From: Chthonomonadales bacterium
Lineage (GTDB): Bacteria; Armatimonadota; Chthonomonadetes; Chthonomonadales; CAJBBX01
DNA length: 38,622 bases
Assembly: GCA_037443035.1 (NCBI GenBank)
Contig: JBBIPC010000027.1
Coordinates: 1-38,622 of the forward strand
Direction of reading: 5' to 3'
Shown one piece after another: positions 1 through 9,419 of the stretch (position 1 is the stretch's first letter; every line of letters starts with the position of its first letter). The position numbers were made by a program, and so were the translations under genes. Under the pieces are notes generated by a model, which was not told where the DNA came from, searched no databases, and saw only the letters and a program-made list of their open reading frames with translations.

Positions 1-419
1 CCCCACACGCCAGTGATGATCCCCCCATAGCCACACGTTAGGATCGTGATCAACAGCATTTCCGTGCCGACACGTGAGTAGCCAAGATAGAACCGATGGG
101 CGCCGAACGGGCCCAGGAGTATGCCGAGCAGGCCCGCCGCTAACTTGCTCTTGAGTGGGCGTCCGTCAGGACCTACTTTCACCACGTTGGTCGGCATGGC
201 CACCCGAACGTATTGCTTCTGTGCAAAATGGCCGACCACCGGCGGTGGGGAGAGTACAGCCGCGATCGCCGGAAGATCCCTGGCCAAGCACGTACGTTCT
301 CCTGGCCGCTCGATAACTGTCGTGCCAGGGGTGACGCGCCCCTCATGCGCCCACCGGATCAGGCCAGCCATGTCAACGGGCCCGTACTCTCTGCCGTCAA
401 TACCGATGATCCAGTACAT
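1..419 (-). CDS. GYF_2 (DUF4339)-like plus TM2-domain membrane protein, runs off the window edge
   Basis: Not in ORF track. Manual translation from ATG 419 (GGAGG upstream): MYWIIGIDGREYGPVDMAGLIRWAHEGRV...KSKLAAGLLGILLGPFGAHRFYLGY...GVW. 'G.EYGP' is typical of GYF_2; 'KSK.AA.LL...LG.FG.HRFYLG' is the TM2 signature. Confidence 0.85.
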   Translation of the reverse strand, partial: MYWIIGIDGREYGPVDMAGLIRWAHEGRVTPGTTVIERPGERTCLARDLPAIAAVLSPPPVVGHFAQKQYVRVAMPTNVVKVGPDGRPLKSKLAAGLLGILLGPFGAHRFYLGYSRVGTEMLLITILTCGYGGIITGVW

Positions 420-488
420 CGCAGGTAGCCTCCATGCAACGAACCCACGGTTGTGCGTTAGGAAAACCTCCGAGATGCCCCGTCCGTC

Positions 489-3400
489 CTATTTCATTAG
501 CATCTCCAGAGCTTTGTCAAGTTGCGGATCGCGCTTGGCCATCCAGTCGTCTATCGTCATCGGCACCTCCACGTCCGGCTTCTCGCCGAGGTCCTCCATG
601 GGCGTACCGTCGAGACGGTAGACACCGCTGCCTGGCATGCGCCCCGAAGTCCCATCCACCAGCGGAAGTCCCCATGTCCAGATAACGTAACCCGGCGTTG
701 GCATGCCGACGAGCTTGGCCAGACCACGAGCCTTCATGGCGGCCGGGAACATCTCAGCGTTGGAGAAGCTGTGCTCGTTCATGAGAACGATGATAGGCTT
801 GTTCCACGCAGTGCCAGGGGCAGGTTCTGGCAACGCGTTGCGTCCCTGATAGTAACCATGGGGGCGTCGTTCCAATCGGTCAATGAGACTGTCGGAGATA
901 TTGCCGCCACCGTTGAAGCGCACATCGATGATCATGGCCTTCTTGCCGATGGAGCGCTCGTAGAACTCCCGGTCGAAGGTGACGGCGTTGCCGCCTCCCA
1001 TCCCAGAAATGTGCACATAGCCGACCGTGCCCTTGCTCTTCTCCTCCACGTACTTTGCCAGCCGGTTGACCCGCTCGCGGTACCTGAGGTCACCCCACTC
1101 TCCGTAACTGAGACTGAAGTACTTGACGGTTCGCGCTCCTTCTTTACTGGGCTTGTCGTTGACGAGGAACTCGAACTCCCTGCCTCCGAGATTGTTGATC
1201 TGACGGTATAGATTCTCGTCGAGGGTGACATCCTTGCCGTTGATGGCCAGTACATACTCGCCCGGCTTGATCTGCGTCTTCTCGAATGCCGCCGGCGAAC
1301 CGGGCAAGACGCTCTCGACCTTGATGCCGGGCCCCTCGTAGGAGTAGTCGAAGGTGAAGCCGAGGTGGGGTGTGCTGGCGCTGGGATTGCCTCCCGGTTT
1401 GGGGCCGACCTCCGAATGGGAGGCTTCCAGCTCGCCAACCATCATCTGGAGCAAGGTCGCGAACTCGCTCCTGGTCTCCACGCCTTCCAGCATGGGCTCG
1501 TAGCGCTTGCGGATGGCCTCCCAGTCGCGGCCATGCATATTCGGGTCGTAGAAGGACCGGTTGTACGCCGACCAGAACTGCGTGAAAGCCGCGTGCCGCT
1601 CCTCTCGCGAATCTCGCTCGATGTCTGCGGTGAACGTCACCTTCTCCGTGGGGTTGTTGCCTTCGAGCTTCATCGTCCACAACTCGCCGTTGCGCACGTA
1701 GAAAGCCTTCTTGCCGTCCTTGGCGATACGGAGGGCGCCATGGCCGCCGCCCGTCGTCAGCCGTTTCACCTCTTTCCCATCGTAGCTAGCCGACCAGATG
1801 TCGCCCTCGGAGATGAAGTACGTTACTCCTTCGGAGCTGACCGTTAGGTCGCCCTGGGGATTCTGGGAACTCAGCTTGCGAATCCGTTCCGTGATGCCAT
1901 CGAAGTCAATCTGAACCTTCACAGGGTCCTTAGGTTTCTCGAACTTCAGATCGGTCTCGTTGATCCTGGCCTGCTCCTTCGTCAGCGGGATGGCGTAGAG
2001 ACCAGCACCGTCGCGGTCGCTCTGGAACAGGAGGAACTTTCCGTCTGGTGTCCACCGAGGTTGACCGTGATAGGCGTTGAGGCGGGTGACATTGACGGCT
2101 TCGCCACCGGCGGCAGGCATGATGTAGATATTCCATGGTCCAGCCACTTCGTTGATACAAACCGCCAGCCATTGCCGGTCGGGTGACCATGAAAAGTCTC
2201 CGCCGGACTGCCAGTTCTTCGACGCGTCGGGCATGGCGATCACCCGTCGAGCCTCGCCCGTGGCGATGGTAACCGCGTAGAGGCCGCCCTCCTTACCGCC
2301 AACCCAGTGCCAAAGCTCCTTGCCGTCCGGCGAAAGGTGCAGCTGACCAGCATCTTCAGGGCGGTTCCAGAGGCATCGGTTTGTGAGTTTCTCGAGATCC
2401 ACCTCGAAAATCCGTGTGACGTATTCCCGGTCCGACCGGTAGTAGAGCTTCTTCCCGTCTTCAGACCAGAGAAAGTCGCTGTCGTCCCCCACCCAGTTGG
2501 TGAGCTTGCGGGCGATCTCAGCAGGCTTGGCAGCCACGCCCTTGGGCTTCTCCACGGCGATGGTGAAGATGTCGCCGCGAATGCCGAACGCGAACGTCTT
2601 GCCATCCGGAGATGGCTCGGCTTCGGTAACACCTGACGTCAACGTCTCGCGTCTGACTTGCGTAACCGCCTCATCTTCGCTGGCCACGAACTCGACTTTC
2701 TGCGGCTCCTTCTGGCCGGCCTTCAGGAGGTAGAGGTCCTTGTCATATTCGAACACAATGTCGCCGGTCTTGAGGGCAACGTTGGGAAACCGCACCGATC
2801 CGCCGACGAAGCTCGTGATCTGTCTGCCCCTGCCGCGGAGATCGAAGAGCCACAGATTCGGGGTGCGTGCGGCGCTGTCCTTGAACTTGCCCGGGTCTTC
2901 GCCCAATTTGTGGGACGACGGCGTAACCTCACCGTACGTCACCGTGAGGAGCGTCTTGCCGTCGGGCATGAACCGGGTCCATAGGTGCTGCTTGCCGTCG
3001 TCTGTAACCTCTGTCCGCTTGCCAGTCTGGACATCGAGAACGACGATCTGCATAGCTGCCGATCCGTGATAGCGTGGCCGTGTCCAATGGAACCCCCGAC
3101 GGCCGAAAACGACGCTCTTTCCATCCGGCGAAAAGCTAGGATAGTTGATGCTTTCGTAGTCCTGAGTTAGCTTCTTCAAGCGTAGCGTGTTGACATCCAG
3201 AGTGAGGAGCTCGTTCTCTCCGGTGTCCCGTCCCGTGGCGAATATGAGTTGCTTGCCGTCCGGGCTCCAGCCGTAGGCAATATCCGAGGACGAATGCCAG
3301 GTCAGACGCTTGGGCGCTCCGCCGGCCGCTGGCACCACGAAGATATCCCAGTTACCCGTCCGTGTGCTGGAAAAGGAGATCCACTTACCGTCCGGGGAGA

Positions 3401-3632
3401 ACTGCGGATAGGCATCCATTTCGACGTTCCGGGTGAGGACTGTTGCGCGTCCGCCCGAGGCTGGTGCTATCCAGACATCACCCTTGTACACGAAGGCGAT
3501 CTGCGTGCCATCCGGGCTCAGGGCAGGCATGCGCGGTGCTACGACGGGGCGAAGCTGGGGCGTTGGGAGCTGAGAACTGGAGGAACCACTGAACGCTACT
3601 AGAAAGAAACAGGATACAAGAAGCTTGTTCAC
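489..3632 (-). CDS. Tricorn-like S41 family peptidase with PD40/TolB-like propeller repeats and PDZ domain, secreted
   Basis: Many (W/F)SPDG repeats; ELEASHS, IIDVRFNGGG and SFSNAEMF motifs. Start placed at GTG 3632 (GGAGG upstream, signal-peptide-like N-terminus) rather than the ORF start 3674. Confidence 0.9.
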   Translation of the reverse strand: MNKLLVSCFFLVAFSGSSSSQLPTPQLRPVVAPRMPALSPDGTQIAFVYKGDVWIAPASGGRATVLTRNVEMDAYPQFSPDGKWISFSSTRTGNWDIFVVPAAGGAPKRLTWHSSSDIAYGWSPDGKQLIFATGRDTGENELLTLDVNTLRLKKLTQDYESINYPSFSPDGKSVVFGRRGFHWTRPRYHGSAAMQIVVLDVQTGKRTEVTDDGKQHLWTRFMPDGKTLLTVTYGEVTPSSHKLGEDPGKFKDSAARTPNLWLFDLRGRGRQITSFVGGSVRFPNVALKTGDIVFEYDKDLYLLKAGQKEPQKVEFVASEDEAVTQVRRETLTSGVTEAEPSPDGKTFAFGIRGDIFTIAVEKPKGVAAKPAEIARKLTNWVGDDSDFLWSEDGKKLYYRSDREYVTRIFEVDLEKLTNRCLWNRPEDAGQLHLSPDGKELWHWVGGKEGGLYAVTIATGEARRVIAMPDASKNWQSGGDFSWSPDRQWLAVCINEVAGPWNIYIMPAAGGEAVNVTRLNAYHGQPRWTPDGKFLLFQSDRDGAGLYAIPLTKEQARINETDLKFEKPKDPVKVQIDFDGITERIRKLSSQNPQGDLTVSSEGVTYFISEGDIWSASYDGKEVKRLTTGGGHGALRIAKDGKKAFYVRNGELWTMKLEGNNPTEKVTFTADIERDSREERHAAFTQFWSAYNRSFYDPNMHGRDWEAIRKRYEPMLEGVETRSEFATLLQMMVGELEASHSEVGPKPGGNPSASTPHLGFTFDYSYEGPGIKVESVLPGSPAAFEKTQIKPGEYVLAINGKDVTLDENLYRQINNLGGREFEFLVNDKPSKEGARTVKYFSLSYGEWGDLRYRERVNRLAKYVEEKSKGTVGYVHISGMGGGNAVTFDREFYERSIGKKAMIIDVRFNGGGNISDSLIDRLERRPHGYYQGRNALPEPAPGTAWNKPIIVLMNEHSFSNAEMFPAAMKARGLAKLVGMPTPGYVIWTWGLPLVDGTSGRMPGSGVYRLDGTPMEDLGEKPDVEVPMTIDDWMAKRDPQLDKALEMLMK

Positions 3633-3686
3633 AGAGCGTCGAACCTCCCTCTGTACTTGCGCAATGGGCGTCACGATTGGTCGCTC

Positions 3687-3716
3687 AGTCTATAACTTAT
3701 GCGCTCCAGGTGTCAA
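3687..3716 (-). promoter_or_regulatory. Putative sigma70 promoter for the S41 peptidase
   Basis: Minus strand TTGACA (3716-3711), 18 bp spacer, TAGACT (3692-3687). Confidence 0.55.
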
Positions 3717-3727
3717 CTCGTAGGTCA

Positions 3728-3817
3728 GAGAGAAGTCGCATCTTGACGGAGTTCCATGAGGCAACGGGGTACAACCGCAAGTACGCCATCGGACTGTTCC
3801 TGCGCCCTCCGCCGTAG
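3728..3817 (+). pseudogene. Short remnant of a transposase N-terminus (ISNCY/integrase-type)
   Basis: Translates ERSRILTEFHEATGYNRKYAIGLFLRPPP*, resembling the 'EK.RILDEF...TGY.RKYAI.LL' N-terminal motif of these transposases. No start and no catalytic domain. Confidence 0.6.
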
Positions 3818-4074
3818 AGAAGCTGGCAAGAGTCTCCTTGTCATGCGAGTCTCGCTGCGCGTGCACGCCGCAAACAACCTGGCGCGTACTTGCAGTCCGC
3901 CTCGAAGGTATTGGTGGACAGTACTGCCAGCGTCGCGACGGCCCGAACGAAACGCAGTTCCACATCAAAGGTCCTATAGCCAATCTGTCCAGTGGAACGT
4001 CGCGTGCTGAGCAGGTAGCGCTCGAGCGTGCGTGGAATCTACGAGCCAACTGAGCGAACGAAAGGAAGACCCCC

Positions 4075-5181
4075 ATGGAACTGCGCGTTCATGCAGAAGG
4101 GCGGGTACGGAAGGCCTGTCCCGTGGTCGTTGCGTGCGACAGCCGCAATGTGCCGCCGTTGCTCCGGGCTGCATCCGGCATTGCCGCGACCCAGCGTGAC
4201 GGCGACAAGCTCGCCGCTATCATCGCGGTTGGCGATCCCGATAAAGATACTGTCTATACTCCACTCGAGGGGAAAGCTACCGGCGGTGTCGTGCTGACCG
4301 ACAACAGAACCGAGATCGCCGTCAGCATCAACGACCAACCTTTCACGACCTATCGGTACGAACAGGTACCTGCGCGGCCCTACTTCTGGCCGGTGCTCGC
4401 TCCGGGCGGGGTGCCTGTCACACGTGCATGGCCCATGCGAGAGGACGTCCCAGGGGAGACGCGCGATCACAAGCATCACCGCTCCATGTACTTCGCGTTC
4501 GGCGAAGTCAACGGCGTAGATAACTGGAGCGAGGAACCTGGCCATGGCCACACGGTGCATCGCACCCTGGACGAACTGCTCAGCGGGCCGGTATTCGGTC
4601 GTTTCCGGACTACCAGTGACTGGACCGACGCCGATGGGCGCAAGATCCTCACTCAGCGTGTGGCAGTGACCGTCTGGAACATCCCGGACGCCACGTTCCG
4701 CCTGTTGGACGTGGACCTTCGGCTCGTCGCCACGGAGGGAGACGTCCACTTCGGAGATACGAAGGAGGGTGGCCTACTGACTGTGCGTGTGGCCACACCC
4801 ATGGATGTTCCCAACGGCGGGCGCATCGAGAACGCCTATGGGGGCATCAACGAGCGCGAGACGTGGGGCTATGCTGCGCACTGGTGCGATTACTCCGGGA
4901 TCGTAGGAGGCACGCGCGTCGGAGTCGCCGTCATGGATCATCCGCTGAGTTTCCGATACCCGACCTACTGGCACGTGCGGGACTACGGCCTCATGGGCGC
5001 CAACCCATTCGCGCTGAAAGCCTACACCCACGGCGTGAAGGACGGCAGCTACACTCTGCCAGCCGGCGAGGAGATGCGATTCCTGTACCGTGTGGTGGTC
5101 CATCTCGGCGACGCCACAGAAGCCGACATACGGGGCAGATACCTGGACTTCGCGACACCACCCACAGTGGAGATACGATGA
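4075..5181 (+). CDS. PmoA-family (PF14100/DUF6807-like) protein, probably carbohydrate-related rather than a methane monooxygenase
   Basis: Motifs RPYFWPV, DHKHHRSMYF, FGDTKEGG, WCDYSG, WHVRDYGLMGANPF; AAGGA upstream. Confidence 0.75.
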   Translation: MELRVHAEGRVRKACPVVVACDSRNVPPLLRAASGIAATQRDGDKLAAIIAVGDPDKDTVYTPLEGKATGGVVLTDNRTEIAVSINDQPFTTYRYEQVPARPYFWPVLAPGGVPVTRAWPMREDVPGETRDHKHHRSMYFAFGEVNGVDNWSEEPGHGHTVHRTLDELLSGPVFGRFRTTSDWTDADGRKILTQRVAVTVWNIPDATFRLLDVDLRLVATEGDVHFGDTKEGGLLTVRVATPMDVPNGGRIENAYGGINERETWGYAAHWCDYSGIVGGTRVGVAVMDHPLSFRYPTYWHVRDYGLMGANPFALKAYTHGVKDGSYTLPAGEEMRFLYRVVVHLGDATEADIRGRYLDFATPPTVEIR

Positions 5182-8100
5182 CCGTTCGGTGGCAGGTGGT
5201 ACTCATGGCGGCCCTCGCATTCGTCGTGCTGCCTATGCAGGCGTATTGCCAGGTGCGCCGTAGCTTCCGCCTGGTACCGGGATCCCCTCTAGAGACGAGC
5301 TTCCTGGTGGACAAGCAGGGAGTCTCGTCGGCTGGCGAAGAAGGTCGCAAGGTACCACCTGCTGGCGGATGGCAGTACGCGTTGCCGGCCCTGCCGGGCG
5401 CCCAGGCCCGTCTGTCCTGCTCCGCTACGGGTGAGCTGAGGATCACCGTTACCGGTGCCGACGGCAAGCCCCTGCCGTCTGCCCGGCAAGCTTCAGCCGA
5501 TGGCTTCACTGTGACCGTAGCCGTTCCGCCCACGCACCCGCTGGGTTCATCCGTCACATTTCGCTTCAAGGCAGGCGGCGAGTCGGCCATCCTGCACAGA
5601 GCCGAGTACACCCTTTCCTCCGCAGACAGGAACGGCAACGGCATTCCCGATGCCCTCGATACGGTCCTGTCTCCCGGCCGTCCGCCTGCTCGTGCTCCAC
5701 GCCCGACTCGGCCCACGACTAGTTTCCAGACTGCTCGGCCCTACAGCCCTGACATAGCCGTACCCACGAACGCGGTTCTTGTCTATTCGTCGGCTGCTGA
5801 TGTTCTTCAGGGATGGAAGGACGCGGGATACGCGGTCTACGCCATGGGCGGATTCCGTGAGTACGACGCGTATGTCCGAGAGCACCCGGGAGAGGTCCAG
5901 ACGGACCGTAGTGGCAGGGCGCTCGTCATCGGAGGGAACAGCTACTACATGGTGCCGATTACCGAACGGAACAAGCGATCGGCAGCCTATTACTTGGAGG
6001 CCATCTCCAACGGCGCCGTCGGCGTCTGTCCCGAGGAACCCGAGCTTTTCGCCCGGGCCGGCTACTCTGAAGCATTCAAGGCCGAGTGGCAGGCGGCCTA
6101 TGGGGCTCCATGGACACCACCCCATACGGATGTGGACTCCCGCTACAAGTCGGAGAGGCTCAAAGCGCAGCTGACGGTGCGACAGGTAGATACGATCCTC
6201 GGAGCCGTCGCCCAGCACCATCCCTCTGTCCGCCGCATGCTTGCTGTACACAGCCCTATCACCTACAGTCATTGGGGCATCATTGCGCCACACTCCGAAC
6301 TCTTTCGACTGCCTTCGGTTCAGGAGGTCATTGCCCAGGTCTGGACGGGGACGGCGCGAACGCCGAACCGTGTGGCGGGTATCCGCGCCGAACGGACCTT
6401 TCATCTGGCATATCTGGAATACTCGTCCCTCGTCTGCTTGCTGAGGGGATTGGGCAAGCCGGCCTGGATGCTCATGGACCCCGTGGAGGACAATCCTGAC
6501 CGGACCATGGAGGACTACCGGCGGAACTATGCCGAGACGCTGGTTGCATCGTTCCTCTTCCCGACCGCTGAGCGGTTCGAAGTCATGCCATGGCCGGATC
6601 GGGTGTACGGACGAGTGCCTTCCGACTACGCAACTGTTGTGAACACCATTGTCGGTGCCCTGAGCGATTGCTGGCGGTACCCCGGTAGGGTTCGTGCCGG
6701 TACCCAGGGTCTCGCGGTTCTTGTCGGAGATAGCATGTCGTATCAACGGGACGAACCACATCCCAGCGATTTCGACGGCGTGTACGGTCTCAGTCTGCCG
6801 CTCATCAGCCATGGTATACCGCTGGATGCCCTAAGCCTGGACCGTTGTGCGGACAGTGGCTACCTCACTGGCACGAGAGTCGCTCTGACCTCCTACGACT
6901 TCCAGAAGCCCCCTTCAGCCGCTTGCAACTCCGGACTGGCCGACTGGGTCAAGCGAGGAGGCGTTCTCATGGTGTTCGGAGGAACGGACGCCTACGATTC
7001 GGTCTCCTCGAGCTGGTGGCGTGCGGCCGGTTACCCTACGCCGTTGGAGGACCTTTTCGCTAGACTGGACGTCGCCACGCGCCGGATAGAGTCGGGGGGT
7101 GTAATATCGGTATCGAAAGCGCCAGCCGTGGAGCTCGCCAGAGGTGATGGCGCCGTGCGCAACTTGTCCAATCGCAGGCGGTATACGCTAGACCTCACTC
7201 CGTTCGTCCGCAGCAACGGCAGCGTCTGTGTCCGCTTCGAGGATGTTACGCCGAGCGACGGCTGGGGACCGTATGTGACGTCCGTCGAGCTGCGCCTCCG
7301 GGACCGCCTGGCAGCCTCGTTCCGCGCCGGCTCCGAGATGGAAACCCGCTTCCTGGCGGTGGACCAGGGCAGCATTTGCAACGGTGAGGGAAGGTTCGCC
7401 GACGGACAATCGTATTGGGAATACCGCTTCGATAACCTTCCGCGGGACGCGCCTGTTACGCTGATCGTCGAAATGGGGAACGGGTTCCTCGCCAGCGCCT
7501 ATACTCCAACGAACACGCCTTCGGTCCTGGAGTCCACGGACGGGTCCAGCCATCCGACGCTGCGGCGTCTGCGAACACTCGGCGCCTACTCCCTGACGGT
7601 CTACGAGCCTCCGCCAGGCGCGACCGTACTCTACCGTCGCGCGTCGGACGGGGCTCCGGCGGTGTGGATGGTGAAGGTAGGTAACGGTGCCCTGTTCTAT
7701 TGCGGAATGCCTCCTGGCTACCTGACGGCAACTGCCCAGACCGACCGATGGATGCGCGACCTTGTCCGGAGGGCCTGCGCCGAGGCCGGACTCGCTTTCG
7801 AACCAGCCAGGGCATTCGTGGGCTCCCGTGGTCCCTACGTCGCTGTCCGAGCCTTGACTGGTTCAGAGACCCTGGCTGGACGGTACGTGGATCTCCTCAG
7901 CCCCGACCTTCGCGTCTTGGAGGACCCCGAGATCCAGGCTGGCCAGGCGGCGTTCCTCAAAGATATCGGCCCTACGTCTGCGCCTGGCCTCACGGCGGTC
8001 TCAGGCAGGGTGGATTCGGTCGTGGAAGGGACGAACGTCACGGCATTCGTCGTCCGGGCACCAGAGGGAACGGCGGGCGTCGCGCGGCTGGTCCAGGGAT

Positions 8101-8240
8101 CGAAGGCTTTGGTGGCGGCGAAGGCATGGGACATGTGGGGTCGTCCCATACCCGTAAGTGTCGCCTCTCAGGCGGGCTCCGTCCTTGTGCGATATCCGAA
8201 CAGGGCCGACGGCGTCGCGGTCAAGGTCGTCTGGAAGTAG
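5178..8240 (+). CDS. Large secreted putative glycoside-hydrolase-like multidomain protein
   Basis: ATGA overlap with the upstream stop; signal peptide MTVRWQVVLMAALAFVVLPMQAYC; DRNGNGIPD Ca-binding-like loop; PEEPE segment; 'LADWVKRGGVLMVFG' resembles a GH42 trimerisation/GATase-like domain. Confidence 0.6.
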   Translation: MTVRWQVVLMAALAFVVLPMQAYCQVRRSFRLVPGSPLETSFLVDKQGVSSAGEEGRKVPPAGGWQYALPALPGAQARLSCSATGELRITVTGADGKPLPSARQASADGFTVTVAVPPTHPLGSSVTFRFKAGGESAILHRAEYTLSSADRNGNGIPDALDTVLSPGRPPARAPRPTRPTTSFQTARPYSPDIAVPTNAVLVYSSAADVLQGWKDAGYAVYAMGGFREYDAYVREHPGEVQTDRSGRALVIGGNSYYMVPITERNKRSAAYYLEAISNGAVGVCPEEPELFARAGYSEAFKAEWQAAYGAPWTPPHTDVDSRYKSERLKAQLTVRQVDTILGAVAQHHPSVRRMLAVHSPITYSHWGIIAPHSELFRLPSVQEVIAQVWTGTARTPNRVAGIRAERTFHLAYLEYSSLVCLLRGLGKPAWMLMDPVEDNPDRTMEDYRRNYAETLVASFLFPTAERFEVMPWPDRVYGRVPSDYATVVNTIVGALSDCWRYPGRVRAGTQGLAVLVGDSMSYQRDEPHPSDFDGVYGLSLPLISHGIPLDALSLDRCADSGYLTGTRVALTSYDFQKPPSAACNSGLADWVKRGGVLMVFGGTDAYDSVSSSWWRAAGYPTPLEDLFARLDVATRRIESGGVISVSKAPAVELARGDGAVRNLSNRRRYTLDLTPFVRSNGSVCVRFEDVTPSDGWGPYVTSVELRLRDRLAASFRAGSEMETRFLAVDQGSICNGEGRFADGQSYWEYRFDNLPRDAPVTLIVEMGNGFLASAYTPTNTPSVLESTDGSSHPTLRRLRTLGAYSLTVYEPPPGATVLYRRASDGAPAVWMVKVGNGALFYCGMPPGYLTATAQTDRWMRDLVRRACAEAGLAFEPARAFVGSRGPYVAVRALTGSETLAGRYVDLLSPDLRVLEDPEIQAGQAAFLKDIGPTSAPGLTAVSGRVDSVVEGTNVTAFVVRAPEGTAGVARLVQGSKALVAAKAWDMWGRPIPVSVASQAGSVLVRYPNRADGVAVKVVWK

Positions 8241-8272
8241 GCCGTCCCCCAGGGATTGAAGCGAGCTGCTGT

Positions 8273-9412
8273 TCAGTCCTCGAGAGCCGACCAGTCCCCT
8301 TGGAGAAGGGCCCTCTTGGCGTCCATGTAGTAGCGGAAGTTGTCCCAGGAGATGTCCGGTGGTACCGTGTGGTCCACCGTGGGGATGAAGCCGCCCTCCT
8401 CGATGAGAGGTATCGACTCCCTCAGGTGGGCGCGAATAGCTCTAGGGCCTTTCGCGATCTCCCGTTTGTCCACACCTCCCCAGAGGCGTAGAGACCGTCC
8501 AAAGCGGCGACGCCATTCCTGCGGACTGACCTCTGCGGCCCGCTCGATGGGCCACACGACGTCCACGCCAGCATCCATCAGCAGTGGGATCAGAGGAGTC
8601 GGGTCCCCATCCGAGTCGACGGCGAAGTATCGTACACCCTTGCCCTTGAAAAACTCCACCATGCGCTTCAGGTGGGGGAAGATGAACTCCCGGAAGGTCC
8701 GCGGCCCTAGGAGCGGTCCGCTTTTCATGGCGAAGTCCTCATTGAGCGTGAAGTAGTCCGGGGTGATCCGGTCCAGCACCGGCCGGCTCGTCTCGATGAT
8801 GAAGTCGGCGAAGAACTCCATCATCTCATGCATGAGGTCAGGATAGTCGTACCAGGCCACGGACAGAGCCTCTGTTCCCATGAACTCCCTGGCCCGCCAG
8901 TAGAAGCCGTTGGCTGCGCAATTGACGCCCAGCACCAGGGGATAGTCCCGCTGCTTCCAGCGGAGGATCATTGCATCGAGGTCTGGCGGGTAACGCTCGG
9001 GGATGGCCGCGATGAGCCTGCGCTTGATATCGGAGAAATCTTCGGGCCTCTTGACGGGATGGGACAGGTACTGATCCATGCACATGCGCCCACCGCCGAT
9101 GGTCCCTGCCTTCAGTGCTTTGTGGACGATACCCAGATGGTCCTGGAAGATCTCGTAGTCTTCGGTCTCCTCGATGAGTTTGCTCTCGAAGGGCGGGATA
9201 AAGCCGTAGTGGACAGGGATGTACTCCCGGCGGTCCAGACCGATGGCGTCCTCTCCGACGAACCAGTTCCACGTCCACCCCGCGATCGCCTCAGGAGCTT
9301 CGCTGCGCCATCGCTCCACGGTCTGCGGCCAAACGCCCAGCTCGTGGTTGGGCCTTCGGTCAGACGTGCGGTACTCCATGCAGTCGTAGAAACGTTCTAG
9401 GTCCGTTTTCAA
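8273..9412 (-). CDS. Uroporphyrinogen decarboxylase (URO-D/MtaA-CmuA) superfamily protein
   Basis: EDFAMKSGPLLGP, DSDGD, LWGGVDK and GGFIPTVDHTVPPDIS motifs. Not confidently a true HemE. Confidence 0.8.
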   Translation of the reverse strand: MKTDLERFYDCMEYRTSDRRPNHELGVWPQTVERWRSEAPEAIAGWTWNWFVGEDAIGLDRREYIPVHYGFIPPFESKLIEETEDYEIFQDHLGIVHKALKAGTIGGGRMCMDQYLSHPVKRPEDFSDIKRRLIAAIPERYPPDLDAMILRWKQRDYPLVLGVNCAANGFYWRAREFMGTEALSVAWYDYPDLMHEMMEFFADFIIETSRPVLDRITPDYFTLNEDFAMKSGPLLGPRTFREFIFPHLKRMVEFFKGKGVRYFAVDSDGDPTPLIPLLMDAGVDVVWPIERAAEVSPQEWRRRFGRSLRLWGGVDKREIAKGPRAIRAHLRESIPLIEEGGFIPTVDHTVPPDISWDNFRYYMDAKRALLQGDWSALED

Positions 9413-9419
9413 GCAATGC

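Noticed and set aside
3838..4053. 71-aa ORF in the intergenic gap
   Set aside because: TTG start, no clear RBS and no recognisable motif; cannot support it, though not strictly excluded.
4863..5177. 105-aa N-terminal extension of the 1125-aa ORF
   Set aside because: Overlaps the PmoA-family gene in another frame; the signal peptide and ATGA coupling indicate the start is 5178.
4075..5181. Methane monooxygenase implied by the PmoA family name
   Set aside because: Soluble-looking protein, no pmoB/pmoC nearby, and a carbohydrate-gene context.
5547..6812. 421-aa antisense ORF
   Set aside because: Shadow frame of a GC-rich gene with no recognisable motifs. The same applies to 10490..11473, 14455..15366 and most other overlapping ORFs in the track.
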